Shown here: positions 50,732-61,365 of the stretch, in pieces
How the letters are laid out: each line of letters opens with the position of its first letter
Numbering within the stretch: the stretch's first letter is position 1
DNA from: Hyphomicrobiaceae bacterium
Lineage (GTDB): Bacteria > Pseudomonadota > Alphaproteobacteria > Rhizobiales > Methyloligellaceae
Assembly: GCA_020637815.1 (NCBI GenBank)
Contig: JACKJS010000001.1
Coordinates: 1,217,416-1,281,415, forward strand
Length of the DNA: 64,000 nucleotides
Reading direction: 5' to 3'
The notes under the pieces: model-generated
Seen by the model: the letters and a program-made list of their open reading frames with translations, nothing else
Databases searched by the model: none
What the model was told of the DNA's origin: nothing
Position numbers and translations under genes: made by a program

Positions 50732-50741
50732 GGACGCCGCG

Positions 50742-51194
50742 ATGAGCAGCCGCCCCAAGGTCGTCATTCATACGGACGGTGCGTGTTCGGGCAATCCCGG
50801 GCCGGGAGGCTGGGGCGCGATTTTGGAGTCCGGTCCGCACCGCAAGGAGATCAACGGCGGCGAGGCGCGAACCACCAACAACCGCATGGAACTGACCGCG
50901 GCCATCGAAGCATTGGAAGCCCTGAAGGGCCCATCGGATGTCGAGCTACATACGGACTCGAACTATCTGCGCGGCGGAATCACCAGCTGGATCAAGGGCT
51001 GGAAGCGAAACGGCTGGCGCACGGCCGACAAGAAACCCGTCAAGAATGCCGAGCTATGGCAGCGGCTCGAGCAAGCCGAAGCCCGGCATCGTGTGAACTG
51101 GCACTGGGTCAAAGGTCATGCGGGCCATGACGAAAACGAGCGGGCCGACGAACTGGCCCGCGAAGGCATGGCCCCGTTCCTCGGCCGAAGCTGA
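50742..51194 (+). CDS. rnhA: Ribonuclease HI
   Basis: [23 protein letters not shown] and [15 protein letters not shown] motifs. Confidence 0.97.
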   Translation: MSSRPKVVIHTDGACSGNPGPGGWGAILESGPHRKEINGGEARTTNNRMELTAAIEALEALKGPSDVELHTDSNYLRGGITSWIKGWKRNGWRTADKKPVKNAELWQRLEQAEARHRVNWHWVKGHAGHDENERADELAREGMAPFLGRS

Positions 51195-51200
51195 GTCCTC

Positions 51201-51686
51201 TTACAGCGCCGCGAGGATCGCTTCGGCGGAGGAGACTTCCGCGACACCGGGATTCTCCTCGGTCTGAAGCGTCTTGACCACGCCATCCTCGACGACCATT
51301 GCGTAACGCTTGGAGCGCGTGCCGAGACCGATACCGCCACCGTCGAAATCCATGCCGATCTTCTTCGTGAATTCCGCGTTGCCATCGGACAGGATCGTCA
51401 CCGCGCCGCCGGCTCCCGTCGCCTTGCCCCAAGCTTCGAGCACGAACGGATCGTTGACGGCAACGCAGACGACGTCATCCACACCTTTCGCCTTGAACGC
51501 GTCAGCTTGGGACACGAATCCAGGAAGATGCTTGAGGTGGCAAGTCGGCGTAAAGGCACCCGGGACAGCGAACAGAACGACCTTCTTGCCGCCGAACACG
51601 TCCTTTGTGCTCAACGTCTCGATTCCGTTGGGCCCAACGACTCGAAAGGTAGCGTCGGGAAGGCTGTCTCCTTGAACGATCGTCAT
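51201..51686 (-). CDS. Peroxiredoxin (Prx5-like)
   Basis: VPGAFTPTCH..HLPGF..VNDPFV..RSKRYA. Confidence 0.93.
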   Translation of the reverse strand: MTIVQGDSLPDATFRVVGPNGIETLSTKDVFGGKKVVLFAVPGAFTPTCHLKHLPGFVSQADAFKAKGVDDVVCVAVNDPFVLEAWGKATGAGGAVTILSDGNAEFTKKIGMDFDGGGIGLGTRSKRYAMVVEDGVVKTLQTEENPGVAEVSSAEAILAAL

Positions 51687-51763
51687 GCTGGTCGTCTCCT
51701 CACTGCTTGGTTTTGGCGGCAGGGCACCATACAAGCTCGCCGGGACGCGCGCCAACCAAACGT

Positions 51764-51788
51764 GGAACGTTGCCAAGGGATGAGCGTT
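51764..51788 (+). promoter_or_regulatory. EcfG/sigmaT general-stress promoter GGAAC-N16-CGTT
   Basis: Exact consensus ending 32 bp upstream of the small lipoprotein start. Confidence 0.7.
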
Positions 51789-51820
51789 ATATCCCCTAAA
51801 CAGGGAGTTGACGGGGAACC

Positions 51821-52006
51821 ATGCATTGGAAATGTATCGTCGTAGTCGCGGCGCTCGCCGTGGCGGCCGCGGGGTGCACAACCGGCCAAAAGCGCGTTAG
51901 CGGCGCAGCCGTGGGTGGCGTTTTCGGCGCGGCGATCGCGGGTCCCATCGGGGCTGCTGCCGGTGCCGCGGCGGGGGCCGCGACGGCTCCGAGCGTGGCA
52001 CGGTGA
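51821..52006 (+). CDS. Small glycine-zipper lipoprotein (61 aa)
   Basis: Lipobox AAGC; GAAVGGVFGAAIAGPIGAAAGAAAG. Confidence 0.75.
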   Translation: MHWKCIVVVAALAVAAAGCTTGQKRVSGAAVGGVFGAAIAGPIGAAAGAAAGAATAPSVAR

Positions 52007-52016
52007 ACCGAACCGG

Positions 52017-52862
52017 CTAGGGAACGACTTTCGTCATCTCATGCGCACCCTGGTCGGAGACCAGGGTGAATGTCAGCGGTTTTCCTTTGACGGCGGCCGC
52101 TTCGTCCGGCGACGCGAGGGTAACGGCGAAGCGCTGCTTGCCGTCCTTCAGCAGCCCGACAGCCTTGGGCACCGGAACGAGAATCTCCGCGCTGGTGACG
52201 AAGAGATCGGTGTTCGTGGCATCGTCCGGGAACACCGCTTCGAACTCGAGCCGTGGAGTGGGGCCGTCCAGCTTGGCCGTGATCGTGTCGATGCGCGGCA
52301 GCGCCTCATCGCCAGCGGGCTGTGGAATGCGCGCCTTCGCCTGCCGGATGAGAGCCGCGTCGCCCTTGCCGAGATTGGCCGGAAGTTTGGCGTTCAGTTC
52401 GACGGAGTTCGGAATGCACAGCTCTTTGCACAGGCCATAGTCGAGCGTCAGCGACAGTTGGACAGGCCTGTCCGCTTCCTTCGGCGTGATTCTAACCGGA
52501 AAGACGACCTCGTCGTCATAGCCGATCGCCGTGCCATTGGCGTCGGCGAAGCGGTGAGGAATTGGATAGAGCACTTCGGCATGTTTCAGGTTCTTGGACC
52601 TCGACCAATCGAAGCTCGGAGGCACACCGGAATCGCCGGGGTTGCGCCAGTAGGTTTTCCACCCTGGGTCCATGCGCAGCTGGACACCCGCATAAAGAGC
52701 AGGTTTGCCATCTTCGCTGAGCGTTCCGCTGACCAAGCGCACTTTCGAATTGGTTTGATCGACCCATGGCGACTGGCCGAGCTGGGCCGCCTCGGCGCCG
52801 CTCGAAACACAAGTGCAACATAGGATCGCAACCGCCAAAATGGCGCGGCGCTTTCGACTCAT
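52017..52862 (-). CDS. DsbD N-terminal-domain family exported protein
   Basis: PGWKTYWRNPGDSGVPP and GLCKELCIP motifs. Confidence 0.85.
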   Translation of the reverse strand: MSRKRRAILAVAILCCTCVSSGAEAAQLGQSPWVDQTNSKVRLVSGTLSEDGKPALYAGVQLRMDPGWKTYWRNPGDSGVPPSFDWSRSKNLKHAEVLYPIPHRFADANGTAIGYDDEVVFPVRITPKEADRPVQLSLTLDYGLCKELCIPNSVELNAKLPANLGKGDAALIRQAKARIPQPAGDEALPRIDTITAKLDGPTPRLEFEAVFPDDATNTDLFVTSAEILVPVPKAVGLLKDGKQRFAVTLASPDEAAAVKGKPLTFTLVSDQGAHEMTKVVP

Positions 52863-53046
52863 CGATGCGCGAATCATCCCAAAGTCCAACATCGTTCGGC
52901 AATCTACTCGTTACCCGCGACCCGCGCGAGCCCGAGCAAGTTCCTAAAGGGTCACGGTTTTGTGAGTGCCGTGACCTGAACGCGCGGACCTGCCTTATTT
53001 GATCGTTCCCTCTTCCCTCAACCGAGAACTGCTGTAGCATGTTGGT

Positions 53047-53652
53047 ATGGACTTGGACCTTCAATTGGATGACGAAGGCTATCTGGACGGTCAGCTTCTT
53101 ATTGCGATGCCATCGATGGGAGACCCGCGGTTCTCGCGCTCCGTGATTTATCTCTGCGCACATTCCTCGGAAGGGGCGATGGGCATCATCATCAATCAGC
53201 GAGCGCCAAACATCAGCTTCGCCGAATTGTTGGAGCAGTTGAAAATCGTACCGTCGGAAGATCGCATTTCCTTGCCGTCCGCTCTGAACGCCATGGATGT
53301 CTATCTCGGCGGTCCCGTGGAAACCGGACGCGGCTTCGTGCTGCACAGCGCCGACTATTTCAAGGCGGACAGCACGCTCCCCATCAATGACAGCGTGTGC
53401 CTGACGGCGACGATCGATATCCTGCGCGACATCGCAAAAGGCAGCGGACCGGCTAAGGCGTTGCTGGCGCTAGGCTATGCCGGTTGGGCGCCCGGTCAGC
53501 TCGAGGACGAGATTCAATCCAACGGCTGGCTCAATTGTCCGGCTGACCCCGAACTGGTGTTCGATGCCGCGATCGACCGGAAGTACAACCGCGCGCTCGA
53601 CAGACTTGGCGTCGACCCCATCCGCCTCGTCAACGATTCAGGTCACGCCTAA
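53047..53652 (+). CDS. YqgE/AlgH family protein
   Basis: [27 protein letters not shown] and [12 protein letters not shown] motifs. Confidence 0.93.
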   Translation: MDLDLQLDDEGYLDGQLLIAMPSMGDPRFSRSVIYLCAHSSEGAMGIIINQRAPNISFAELLEQLKIVPSEDRISLPSALNAMDVYLGGPVETGRGFVLHSADYFKADSTLPINDSVCLTATIDILRDIAKGSGPAKALLALGYAGWAPGQLEDEIQSNGWLNCPADPELVFDAAIDRKYNRALDRLGVDPIRLVNDSGHA

Positions 53653-53707
53653 CGGCGCGGACGGTTTTCAAGACATTCTCAAGGGACAGCCCGGCTCGAC
53701 CGGCACG

Positions 53708-56700
53708 CTACGCCTGAGCGGTGGTTGGACCGGGCAAGGCACGGATATCGGTTTGTGTCTGCGGTTCGACCTCGATGTCCGGCGGCGTTTCGGTGCCGTG
53801 CGCTCTTTCGCGTTCTTTGCGTTTGCGATGATTGGCGAGTGCGTTGAGTAGCGCGCCAACATCCCGCGCCGACATCGGCTCGCCGTAATAAAAGCCCTGA
53901 CCGAACTCGCAGCCGATAGAGCGCAGATAGCTGGCATCGGATTGGGTCTCGACTCCCTCGGCCACGACTTCCTTGCCGAGCTCATGCGCAAGCGCGACCA
54001 CCGAACGAAGGATTAGTGGCGTCTGATCGTTGTGCGCGCTGTCGTGCACGAGCGATTTGTCCACCTTGATGATATCGAACGGGAAGCGGTGCAGATAGCT
54101 GAGCGAGCTGTAGCCGGTGCCGAAATCGTCGAGCGCCAGACTTGCTCCATACGTCTTGAGCCAGGTGAGAATCTCGACCGCGCGCTCGGGGTTCTCCATC
54201 ACCAACGACTCGGTCACTTCGAGCTTCAGCGTTCCGCGGGATACTTGCTCCCGCGCCAGGAGCAGCCTGATCTCTTGCACCATGTCTTGGCGGAAGAGCT
54301 GGCGGCTCGAGACGTTGACGCTGACGAACAGCGGATCGCGATCGCGCGGCAGCACGCGATGCCACGTCGCCGCCTCGTCCAACGCCTGGCTGAGAACGTA
54401 GCTGCCGAGCTCGACGATCAGCCCCGATTCCTCGGCGAGAGGGATGAAGTCCTGCGGCGCCAAACGTCCCCGTGTCGGATGATCCCAGCGCATAAGCGCT
54501 TCGAAGCCCGCGAGCTGGTTCGACGCAAGCCGGGTGATGGGCTGATAGAGGACGGAAATCTGCTGACGCTGAAGCGCCATGCGCAGCTCGCTCTCGAGTG
54601 GCAGGCGATTCTCCTCCTCCGTACGCATGGCCGGATTGAAGATCTCGATACGGTCGGCGCCCTTACGCTTCGCGCGAAGCATCGCGACCTCGCCATCGTG
54701 CACCATTTCCTGCGCAGAGGCTTGCGATCCGTCGTGAACGACAATGCCGATGGACGCGGTGAGGATGATCTCCTTGGCGCTGATCTTCATTGGCGTGCGC
54801 AGCGCGCGCCGCACCCGCTCGGCCAAAGTCGCGACATGATGCGGGTCGCTGTCGGAAATCAGTAGGATCGCGAATTGATCGCCGCCAAGACGCGCAAGCG
54901 TGTCTTGCGGATTGAGGTGACGCGCAAGCCGGCGACCAAGCGTCAGCAGCATCGAGTCGCCGATGACGAGGCCGAAACTCTTGTTGACGTTCTTGAAGCG
55001 ATCGATGTCGATGACGAGCACCGTCGGCCGGATCGATTGCCCCTCCGCGGCGCGCGTGATCGCGCCCTGCAGACGATCCATGAACAGCTCGCGATTGGGC
55101 AAACCCGTCAGGCTGTCATGCACGGCATCGTGCATCAGACGCTCATGCGACCGCTTGATGTTCGTCACATCGCGCAACAGACCGACACAACGCAGCAGCC
55201 GCACATTCTCGTTATGCGCCGCTTGCGCGTTGAGCTCGTACCAAAGATAGGTTCCGTCGTGGCGGCGCAGGCGAAAATCCGTCTGGAACGACCCGCCTTT
55301 CCTCTCCTGCAGCGACTGCATGAGCAGCTTGAAGCGCTCCCGATCCGAAGCGTGCATATGCTTCAGGAATTCGTCCACCGAGACGTTCAACGCCCCGGGT
55401 TCAAGCCCGAGTTCGGACTCCACCTCGTGCCCGACGGTGATGAGATCGCGCCCAGCATGCCATTGAAACACCTGCGTGCCGGAGCCATCGACCGCCAGGG
55501 ACTTCATCTGGACGAGACTTGGCGGACCGAGGCTCATCGCCGATCCGCCCGTGTGGAAAGCGAACTGGGTGACGGTGAAGCCGAGCAAGACGAGAATAAG
55601 AACAAGCCCGGCGATCAGGCTCGATCCGACGACCTCGCCGGACAGCTTTCCGGTGACAATCATCGTGGCCCCGAACAGCCAAACGATCAGCAGCATCCAG
55701 CTCGGGATCAGCGACATGGCACGGTCCTGACCGCGCAGCGCGAAATAGGCGATCAGGACGGTTCCGACGCCGGCGATGACAATGGTCGAGGCCCGCGCAA
55801 GCCCGGCCGCCGTCTGCGCATCGACAATGGCGACTGCGACGAGCGCGAACTGGGCCGCGATCCACACCCAAAACACGGTCTTGATCCACACGTGCCATAG
55901 ACCGATGCGCAAGAACGTATAGAGGAACAGCGCAAGGCTTGCCACGAGCCCCGCCTCCGCCGCCGCGCGATAGGTCGCCGTACGATCCGGGCCAACGGGG
56001 AAGAGCTTGTTCCAGAACCCGAAGTCGACGCAGAAATAAATCAGCGCGGCCCAGGCCACGAGCGCGGTCGCCGGAAAGATCGCGCGATGGTTGGCGGCAA
56101 AAATCGCCGTCAAGAAGATCGCGAGAAGGCCGGTGATGCCGAGCAGCACGCCCTTGAACAGCATGCTGTCCTGTTGCTTCGCCTGGTAGAACTTCGGCGT
56201 CCACAACGTGAGTTGCGGAACCTTCGACGAGGCAAGCTCAGCCGCATAGGTCACGGTTTGGCCCGGCTCCAGCGTCACCCGGAACATGTCGGCGCGATCG
56301 CTTTGCAAGAGCTCCGGCCGGAAGCCGAGAGACGGTGTCACGGCCGTGATGCGCGGTGCGTCGAGTTCGGGCCGGAACACGCCGGAATTCGCCAAAGTGT
56401 AACGCGGTGCAACGAGCCAGCGCACGATGCGCTCATCCGTCGGATTCGAGAGCGCGAATACCAGCCAGCTCGGATCGGTGCCGGGAGTCGAAGCCGGTAC
56501 CGCCATCCGGCCGACATAGCCGTCGGGCCCCGGCGCCGTCTCGATTTGAAGCCGGTCGCCGCGGCCCTCGTAGAGTTCTCCCTTTGTGGTGACTTCAACC
56601 TTGGGAGCGTCTGGGTCGACAGGGATGGCCTCGATCGCGTCCGCAATGCCGGCCAAGGGCGGCAGCAGCAGCCACAGCGCGAGCAGCAGCGCATGGGCGC

Positions 56701-56803
56701 CCGCAAGCGCGCCGGCGCGGCACCACTGCCGGAACGCGGAGCGTCTTGGTGCTGAGCGTCTTGGCGCGGCGCTTCGAGCGCTAGCCGAGCCGTGTGTCGC
56801 CAC
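53708..56803 (-). CDS. Membrane c-di-GMP phosphodiesterase: 7TMR-DISM-like sensor, PAS, degenerate GGDEF (GGDQF), EAL
   Basis: HDSLTGLPNR, GGDQF, FEALMRW and DDFGTGYSSL motifs; start uncertain (GTG 56803 with GGAGG RBS). Confidence 0.9.
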   Translation of the reverse strand: MATHGSASARSAAPRRSAPRRSAFRQWCRAGALAGAHALLLALWLLLPPLAGIADAIEAIPVDPDAPKVEVTTKGELYEGRGDRLQIETAPGPDGYVGRMAVPASTPGTDPSWLVFALSNPTDERIVRWLVAPRYTLANSGVFRPELDAPRITAVTPSLGFRPELLQSDRADMFRVTLEPGQTVTYAAELASSKVPQLTLWTPKFYQAKQQDSMLFKGVLLGITGLLAIFLTAIFAANHRAIFPATALVAWAALIYFCVDFGFWNKLFPVGPDRTATYRAAAEAGLVASLALFLYTFLRIGLWHVWIKTVFWVWIAAQFALVAVAIVDAQTAAGLARASTIVIAGVGTVLIAYFALRGQDRAMSLIPSWMLLIVWLFGATMIVTGKLSGEVVGSSLIAGLVLILVLLGFTVTQFAFHTGGSAMSLGPPSLVQMKSLAVDGSGTQVFQWHAGRDLITVGHEVESELGLEPGALNVSVDEFLKHMHASDRERFKLLMQSLQERKGGSFQTDFRLRRHDGTYLWYELNAQAAHNENVRLLRCVGLLRDVTNIKRSHERLMHDAVHDSLTGLPNRELFMDRLQGAITRAAEGQSIRPTVLVIDIDRFKNVNKSFGLVIGDSMLLTLGRRLARHLNPQDTLARLGGDQFAILLISDSDPHHVATLAERVRRALRTPMKISAKEIILTASIGIVVHDGSQASAQEMVHDGEVAMLRAKRKGADRIEIFNPAMRTEEENRLPLESELRMALQRQQISVLYQPITRLASNQLAGFEALMRWDHPTRGRLAPQDFIPLAEESGLIVELGSYVLSQALDEAATWHRVLPRDRDPLFVSVNVSSRQLFRQDMVQEIRLLLAREQVSRGTLKLEVTESLVMENPERAVEILTWLKTYGASLALDDFGTGYSSLSYLHRFPFDIIKVDKSLVHDSAHNDQTPLILRSVVALAHELGKEVVAEGVETQSDASYLRSIGCEFGQGFYYGEPMSARDVGALLNALANHRKRKERERAHGTETPPDIEVEPQTQTDIRALPGPTTAQA

Positions 56804-56822
56804 AATCACCCTCCGTTCCCCC

Positions 56823-57410
56823 CTAGCCGCACGGGTCCGTTTCCAGGAGTGCATAAAGCACATGATCGCGCCACTCGCCGTTGATGCGCAAATAGCGGCG
56901 CGCGAGCCCCTCGCGCTTGAACCCTACCCGTTCCAGAAGGCGCATGGACGCCGTATTCGTCGGCAGACACGCCGCCTCGAGGCGGTGCAATTCGAGCGAG
57001 TCGAAGACAAACGGCACGATCGCGCGAACCGCGGCCGTCATGTAGCCCTGCTTGGCAAATTTGACTCCGACCCAATAGCCAAGGGTGCAGGACTGGGTGA
57101 CGCCCCGGCGCACGTTGCACAAGGTGAGTCCCCCCACGAGCGCGTCCGACTGCGCGTCATAAACGAACAACGCGTAGCCCATGTCCTCGCGCATGTCGCG
57201 CAAATAGTGGCGTATACGCCGGCGGAACGCGGAGCGGGACAACTCGTCCGGAGCCCATCGCGGCTCCCACGGAACGAGGAATTCGCGACTGGATCCCCGC
57301 AGTTCCGCCCAAGCCGGATAGTCGGACATTTGCGGCGTACGTAGCACCACACGCCCGTTCTCCAGAACCGGACCGAAATCACTTGGGGTAGCAGCTCGCA
57401 GCAAGGCCAT
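56823..57410 (-). CDS. rimJ: RimJ-family GNAT N-acetyltransferase
   Basis: SREFLVPWEP, LGYWVG, LHRLEAAC..EGLARRYLRING.WRDH. Confidence 0.85.
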   Translation of the reverse strand: MALLRAATPSDFGPVLENGRVVLRTPQMSDYPAWAELRGSSREFLVPWEPRWAPDELSRSAFRRRIRHYLRDMREDMGYALFVYDAQSDALVGGLTLCNVRRGVTQSCTLGYWVGVKFAKQGYMTAAVRAIVPFVFDSLELHRLEAACLPTNTASMRLLERVGFKREGLARRYLRINGEWRDHVLYALLETDPCG

Positions 57411-57425
57411 CGGTCAGTACCCTCG

Positions 57426-58706
57426 TCACGCGGCTCTGCTTGCCGGAACGGTAAACTTGTCCGCCACGGCTTCGAATCTAGCAAGATTAGCAATGGGTCC
57501 GACGGTCGCAAGGCTCAGCGGCGACCCAAGTATTTTTTGAAGCAGTGCCTGAAGATCGGCGGTGCCGACAGCCTCGATCCGTTCGATCAGTTCGGCCGTG
57601 GTCAGCACTCGTCCGCAGAATAGGCTGTGGCGCGCGAGCTGCTCCGCGCGCGCACTGGAACTTTCCAGCGCCGCAAGCAGACCCATCTTCAATTGCGCCT
57701 TCACGCGGCTGAGTTCGGCCTGGTCGAAGCCCCGGTCCGCCGCCCGCTCCAACTCGTTGCGAATGACGGAGAAGAGTTCATCGGTCTTGTCGGGCGCTCC
57801 CGCCGCGTGGACGACGAACATCCCGCTATCGGTCAGGCCGGACGAAAAAGCGTAGACCGAATAACAGAGCCCGCGCCGCTCGCGTACTTCCTGGAAGAGC
57901 CGGGACGACATCCCGCCGCCCAGCGCGCCCGCCAAAATCTGCGACTTGAAGTAATCGGGCTGGTGGTAGGCGGGAGCCTCAAGCGCAATCATCAAATGGG
58001 TCTGCTCGAACGCCTTGGCCGATTGCCGGCGTCCGCCCATATAGACCGCCCGTTGCGGAATGGGCGTAGGCTCGGAGGACAGCCCCGCCAACAGGCGTTC
58101 GGCCTCGGCCACGAGAACCGCGTGGTCCACCGCGCCTGCGGCTGCGAGCACCATGTTGGGCGCGTGGTAGTGGGCCGTCAGATAAGCGCCGAGGTGCTTC
58201 CGCTCGAACCCGAGAACGCTTTGCGCCGTGCCGAGGATCGGACGCCCCACCGGCTGGTCCGGATATGCTGCCTCGGAGAGAAAATCGTAGGCGATGTCGT
58301 CGGGCGAGTCGGAACTGGCGGCGATTTCCTGGAGAATGACGTCACGCTCGCGGGTGAGTTCGGCGCCGTCGAAGCGCGGCTCCAAGATGATGTCGCTCAG
58401 GATGTCCAGCGCGAGCGGCAGATCCGCCGGCAGGACACGCGCGTAGTAACCGGTCGAATCGACGGAGGTCGCAGCATTCAGGTCGCCGCCGACCGCTTCG
58501 ATCTCCTCGACGATCTCGCGGGCGCTTCGCCGCTTGGTGCCCTTGAAGGCCATATGCTCCAGGAAATGCGCAACGCCATGCTCGGCCGGCTGTTCCGACC
58601 GGCTGCCGGCGCCTATCCAGATGCCCAGCGAGACGGTCTCCACCTCGGGCATACGATGACTGACAACGGTCAGGCCGTTCGCCAGCGCCGACCGGGTGAC
58701 GGTCAC
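57426..58706 (-). CDS. M16 (pitrilysin/MPP-like) zinc metallopeptidase
   Basis: HFLEH inverted zinc motif, LGGGMSSRLFQEVRE. Confidence 0.92.
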   Translation of the reverse strand: MTVTRSALANGLTVVSHRMPEVETVSLGIWIGAGSRSEQPAEHGVAHFLEHMAFKGTKRRSAREIVEEIEAVGGDLNAATSVDSTGYYARVLPADLPLALDILSDIILEPRFDGAELTRERDVILQEIAASSDSPDDIAYDFLSEAAYPDQPVGRPILGTAQSVLGFERKHLGAYLTAHYHAPNMVLAAAGAVDHAVLVAEAERLLAGLSSEPTPIPQRAVYMGGRRQSAKAFEQTHLMIALEAPAYHQPDYFKSQILAGALGGGMSSRLFQEVRERRGLCYSVYAFSSGLTDSGMFVVHAAGAPDKTDELFSVIRNELERAADRGFDQAELSRVKAQLKMGLLAALESSSARAEQLARHSLFCGRVLTTAELIERIEAVGTADLQALLQKILGSPLSLATVGPIANLARFEAVADKFTVPASRAA

Positions 58707-60124
58707 GCCTGCGCTCCAGACAGTGGCGCGGCAGCCTGAGCGTGGCTGACGATGAAGTCCGCGACGGTCTCGAAATCGGGAGCCAGAACGGTGCAGCGTT
58801 CTTCGCTGCCGAGCTTCAGTGTCAGGCGCTCGGGCTGCGCCGGCTCCATGCCGATCGCGCGCTTCACGGCATCGGCGAACTTGGCCGGATGGGCCGTCGA
58901 CAGGACGACCATTGGCGTAGAACCGAGGGACGTCTCTTGCTGGGCCGCCGCGACGCCGACGGCTGTGTGCGGATCGACCACCATACCGGTTTCTTCGAAT
59001 ACGCCCCGAATGGTCATCTCCGTCACGTCCTCTCCGGCGGAGTGGGCACTAAAAAGTTCGCTCAGCTGCCCATGTTCGCCTTGAGACAATTGGAACGCGC
59101 CATGACTGCGCAAATCGTCCATCAAGCCCCGCACCCTGGATGCATCCCGCCCAGCAAGTTCGAACAGCAGGCGCTCGAAATTGCTCGCGAGTTGGATGTC
59201 CATGCTGGGACTTGAGGTCGCGATGACGCCTTGCGGCTCGTACCTCCCCGAGGCAAGGGCGCGGGGTAAACTGTCGTTGAGGTTCGTGGCGATAACGAGG
59301 CGTTGCATCGGAAGGCCCATCGCCTTTGCGGCATAACCCGCGAAAATATCGCCGAAATTTCCGGTAGGCACCGTGAAGGCCGTCGGGCGGTAAGGGGCCC
59401 CGAGCGTCACGGCCGCCGTAAAGTAATAGGGGATCTGCGCCAGAATCCGGGCGAAGTTGATCGAGTTGATCCCCGTCAGGCCGAGCTTCGTATTCAGGTC
59501 CCGATCGCCGAACAGCGCCTTAACGATCCTCTGGCAATCGTCAAAGGTCCCTTCCACAGCGATATTGTGAATATTGGCCTCGGTGGCGGTGGTCATCTGG
59601 CGCCGTTGGACGTCGCTGACACGCCCTTTCGGGTGCAAAATGAAGACGTCGATGGCATCGAGACCGCGGAACGCCTCGATAGCGGCCGCGCCGGTGTCGC
59701 CCGACGTCGCGCCGACGACGGTGGCGCGCTGACCACGCCTGCGGAGCGCGCGGTTCATGAACCGCGATACGACCTGCATTGCGAGGTCCTTGAAGGCGAG
59801 GGTCGGGCCGTGAAACAGCTCGAGAATGAAGCTATTGGGGCCGATCTGAGCGAGCGGCGCGATGGCGGGATGATGGAACCCCTCATAGGCCTGCGACAGC
59901 ACGTCTTCGAGGTCGTCCAGGCAAGGATCGCCCAGGAGAAACGGCCGCATGACCCGATAGGCCGCATCGGCGTAGTCGAGCCCGGCGAGCGCGGCGATCT
60001 CGTCCTTCTGAAGCCGCGGCCATGCCTCTGGCATGAACAGGCCACCGTCGGAAGCGAGCGCCGCCAGAAGCGCGCCCTCGAAGGAGAGCGCCGGGGCAGA
60101 CCCGCGCGTGGAAATGAACTTCAA
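58703..60124 (-). CDS. thrC: Threonine synthase
   Basis: ELFHGPTLAFKD, GATSGDTG, NSINFAR and VPTGNFGD motifs. Confidence 0.96.
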   Translation of the reverse strand: MKFISTRGSAPALSFEGALLAALASDGGLFMPEAWPRLQKDEIAALAGLDYADAAYRVMRPFLLGDPCLDDLEDVLSQAYEGFHHPAIAPLAQIGPNSFILELFHGPTLAFKDLAMQVVSRFMNRALRRRGQRATVVGATSGDTGAAAIEAFRGLDAIDVFILHPKGRVSDVQRRQMTTATEANIHNIAVEGTFDDCQRIVKALFGDRDLNTKLGLTGINSINFARILAQIPYYFTAAVTLGAPYRPTAFTVPTGNFGDIFAGYAAKAMGLPMQRLVIATNLNDSLPRALASGRYEPQGVIATSSPSMDIQLASNFERLLFELAGRDASRVRGLMDDLRSHGAFQLSQGEHGQLSELFSAHSAGEDVTEMTIRGVFEETGMVVDPHTAVGVAAAQQETSLGSTPMVVLSTAHPAKFADAVKRAIGMEPAQPERLTLKLGSEERCTVLAPDFETVADFIVSHAQAAAPLSGAQA

Positions 60125-60210
60125 GATCAGCCTCTCCCCGGAAAATCTGGGACTTTTCGCCAGACCCTAGCCCCCGGAGCGCGGCCCCGCAATACGGCCC
60201 GGCGGCACGG

Positions 60211-60939
60211 TTAAGACGGCTTGCCCCGCCGGTTCGTCCAAACAAAGGCGCCGTAGACGACCAGAAGGCAGCCCGCCAAGCCAAACCAGGTCAGGGCGTA
60301 TTGGAGATGCCTGTTGGGCAGTTGCAGCCGCGTTTGCCCCCCCTTTGGCCATCCCCCCGGAATGTCCGTCTCTACCTGCTCCAGGAAGAAGGGCACGACA
60401 TTGACGGTTCCGCCGGGAAACATCGATCGCGCCATGGCTCCGAGGTCGCGAGTGAACCATTGATTGGCTTTTTCGTTGTTGTCCGGCGAGAACAGATTCG
60501 GCTTCTCGGAAGTGCGCAGTAGACCGGTGACCGCGACGACGTCCTTGAACTCCCCCTGATCGCGGGTGTGCGGATCCCGGAACGCCTCCGGCACGAAGCC
60601 CCTGTCCACGAGGACGACGCGCCCCGATGCGGTCTCCAACGGCGTGATGACATGCCAGCCGGCCTCGCCGTCCAGCGAGATCGCGTACAGATAGCGCTCA
60701 CGCTCGTTGTGGAAGCGGCCTTCGACCGTCACGGGCAAATAGCTTGGATCGCCCCACTCTTTGGCGAGCTCGATGGCCCGCTCCAGCGTGACGGGCTTGC
60801 GCTCGGTGCGCGCCTCGATACGGGCAATGATCCCTTCTTTCCATTCGAGGCGTTGCAGTTGCCAAACGCCAAGCCACACCAAGACGGCGAAGCCGATCAG
60901 CGTGGCGATTGTGAGCCGAATGAGAGCGGGTGTAGTCAT
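60211..60939 (-). CDS. SURF1 family cytochrome oxidase biogenesis protein
   Basis: LGVWQLQRLEWK, VLVDRGFVP and NRHLQYALTWFGL motifs. Confidence 0.93.
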   Translation of the reverse strand: MTTPALIRLTIATLIGFAVLVWLGVWQLQRLEWKEGIIARIEARTERKPVTLERAIELAKEWGDPSYLPVTVEGRFHNERERYLYAISLDGEAGWHVITPLETASGRVVLVDRGFVPEAFRDPHTRDQGEFKDVVAVTGLLRTSEKPNLFSPDNNEKANQWFTRDLGAMARSMFPGGTVNVVPFFLEQVETDIPGGWPKGGQTRLQLPNRHLQYALTWFGLAGCLLVVYGAFVWTNRRGKPS

Positions 60940-60948
60940 CGTGCCGCG

Positions 60949-61344
60949 CTAACGATCCGAGTCCAGCTTGCCTTCTTCGGCCTTGTGCTGAAACTGGAGC
61001 GCGATCAGGACACCTTTGAAACTGCGCAGCAGGAGAAGGGGGAGGACGAGCGCGACGGTCCCCCAGACGATCGCATGGACCCAATAGGGCGGCTGATAGA
61101 CGACTTCGACATAGAGCGCGGCGCCAACGATGATGAAGCCGGTCACGAGCATGACGAAGATGGCGGGTCCGTCGCCGGAATCGGCGAAATCGAAGTTTTG
61201 ACCGCACACATTGCAGGACGGCGCCAAGGTCAGATAGCCATTGAACATCTTACCCTTGTGGCAGGACGGACAGCGCCCGAGCATCCCCGACCAAATGGTC
61301 GAGCTTAGAGGCAAGTCCGCCTTGCGATCCTGTGAACCAGTCAT
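60949..61344 (-). CDS. DUF983 family protein
   Basis: RCPSCHKGKMF.GYL..CNVCG..DSGDGPA. Confidence 0.88.
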   Translation of the reverse strand: MTGSQDRKADLPLSSTIWSGMLGRCPSCHKGKMFNGYLTLAPSCNVCGQNFDFADSGDGPAIFVMLVTGFIIVGAALYVEVVYQPPYWVHAIVWGTVALVLPLLLLRSFKGVLIALQFQHKAEEGKLDSDR

Positions 61345-61365
61345 AATTCAACCCCAGCAAAAACA

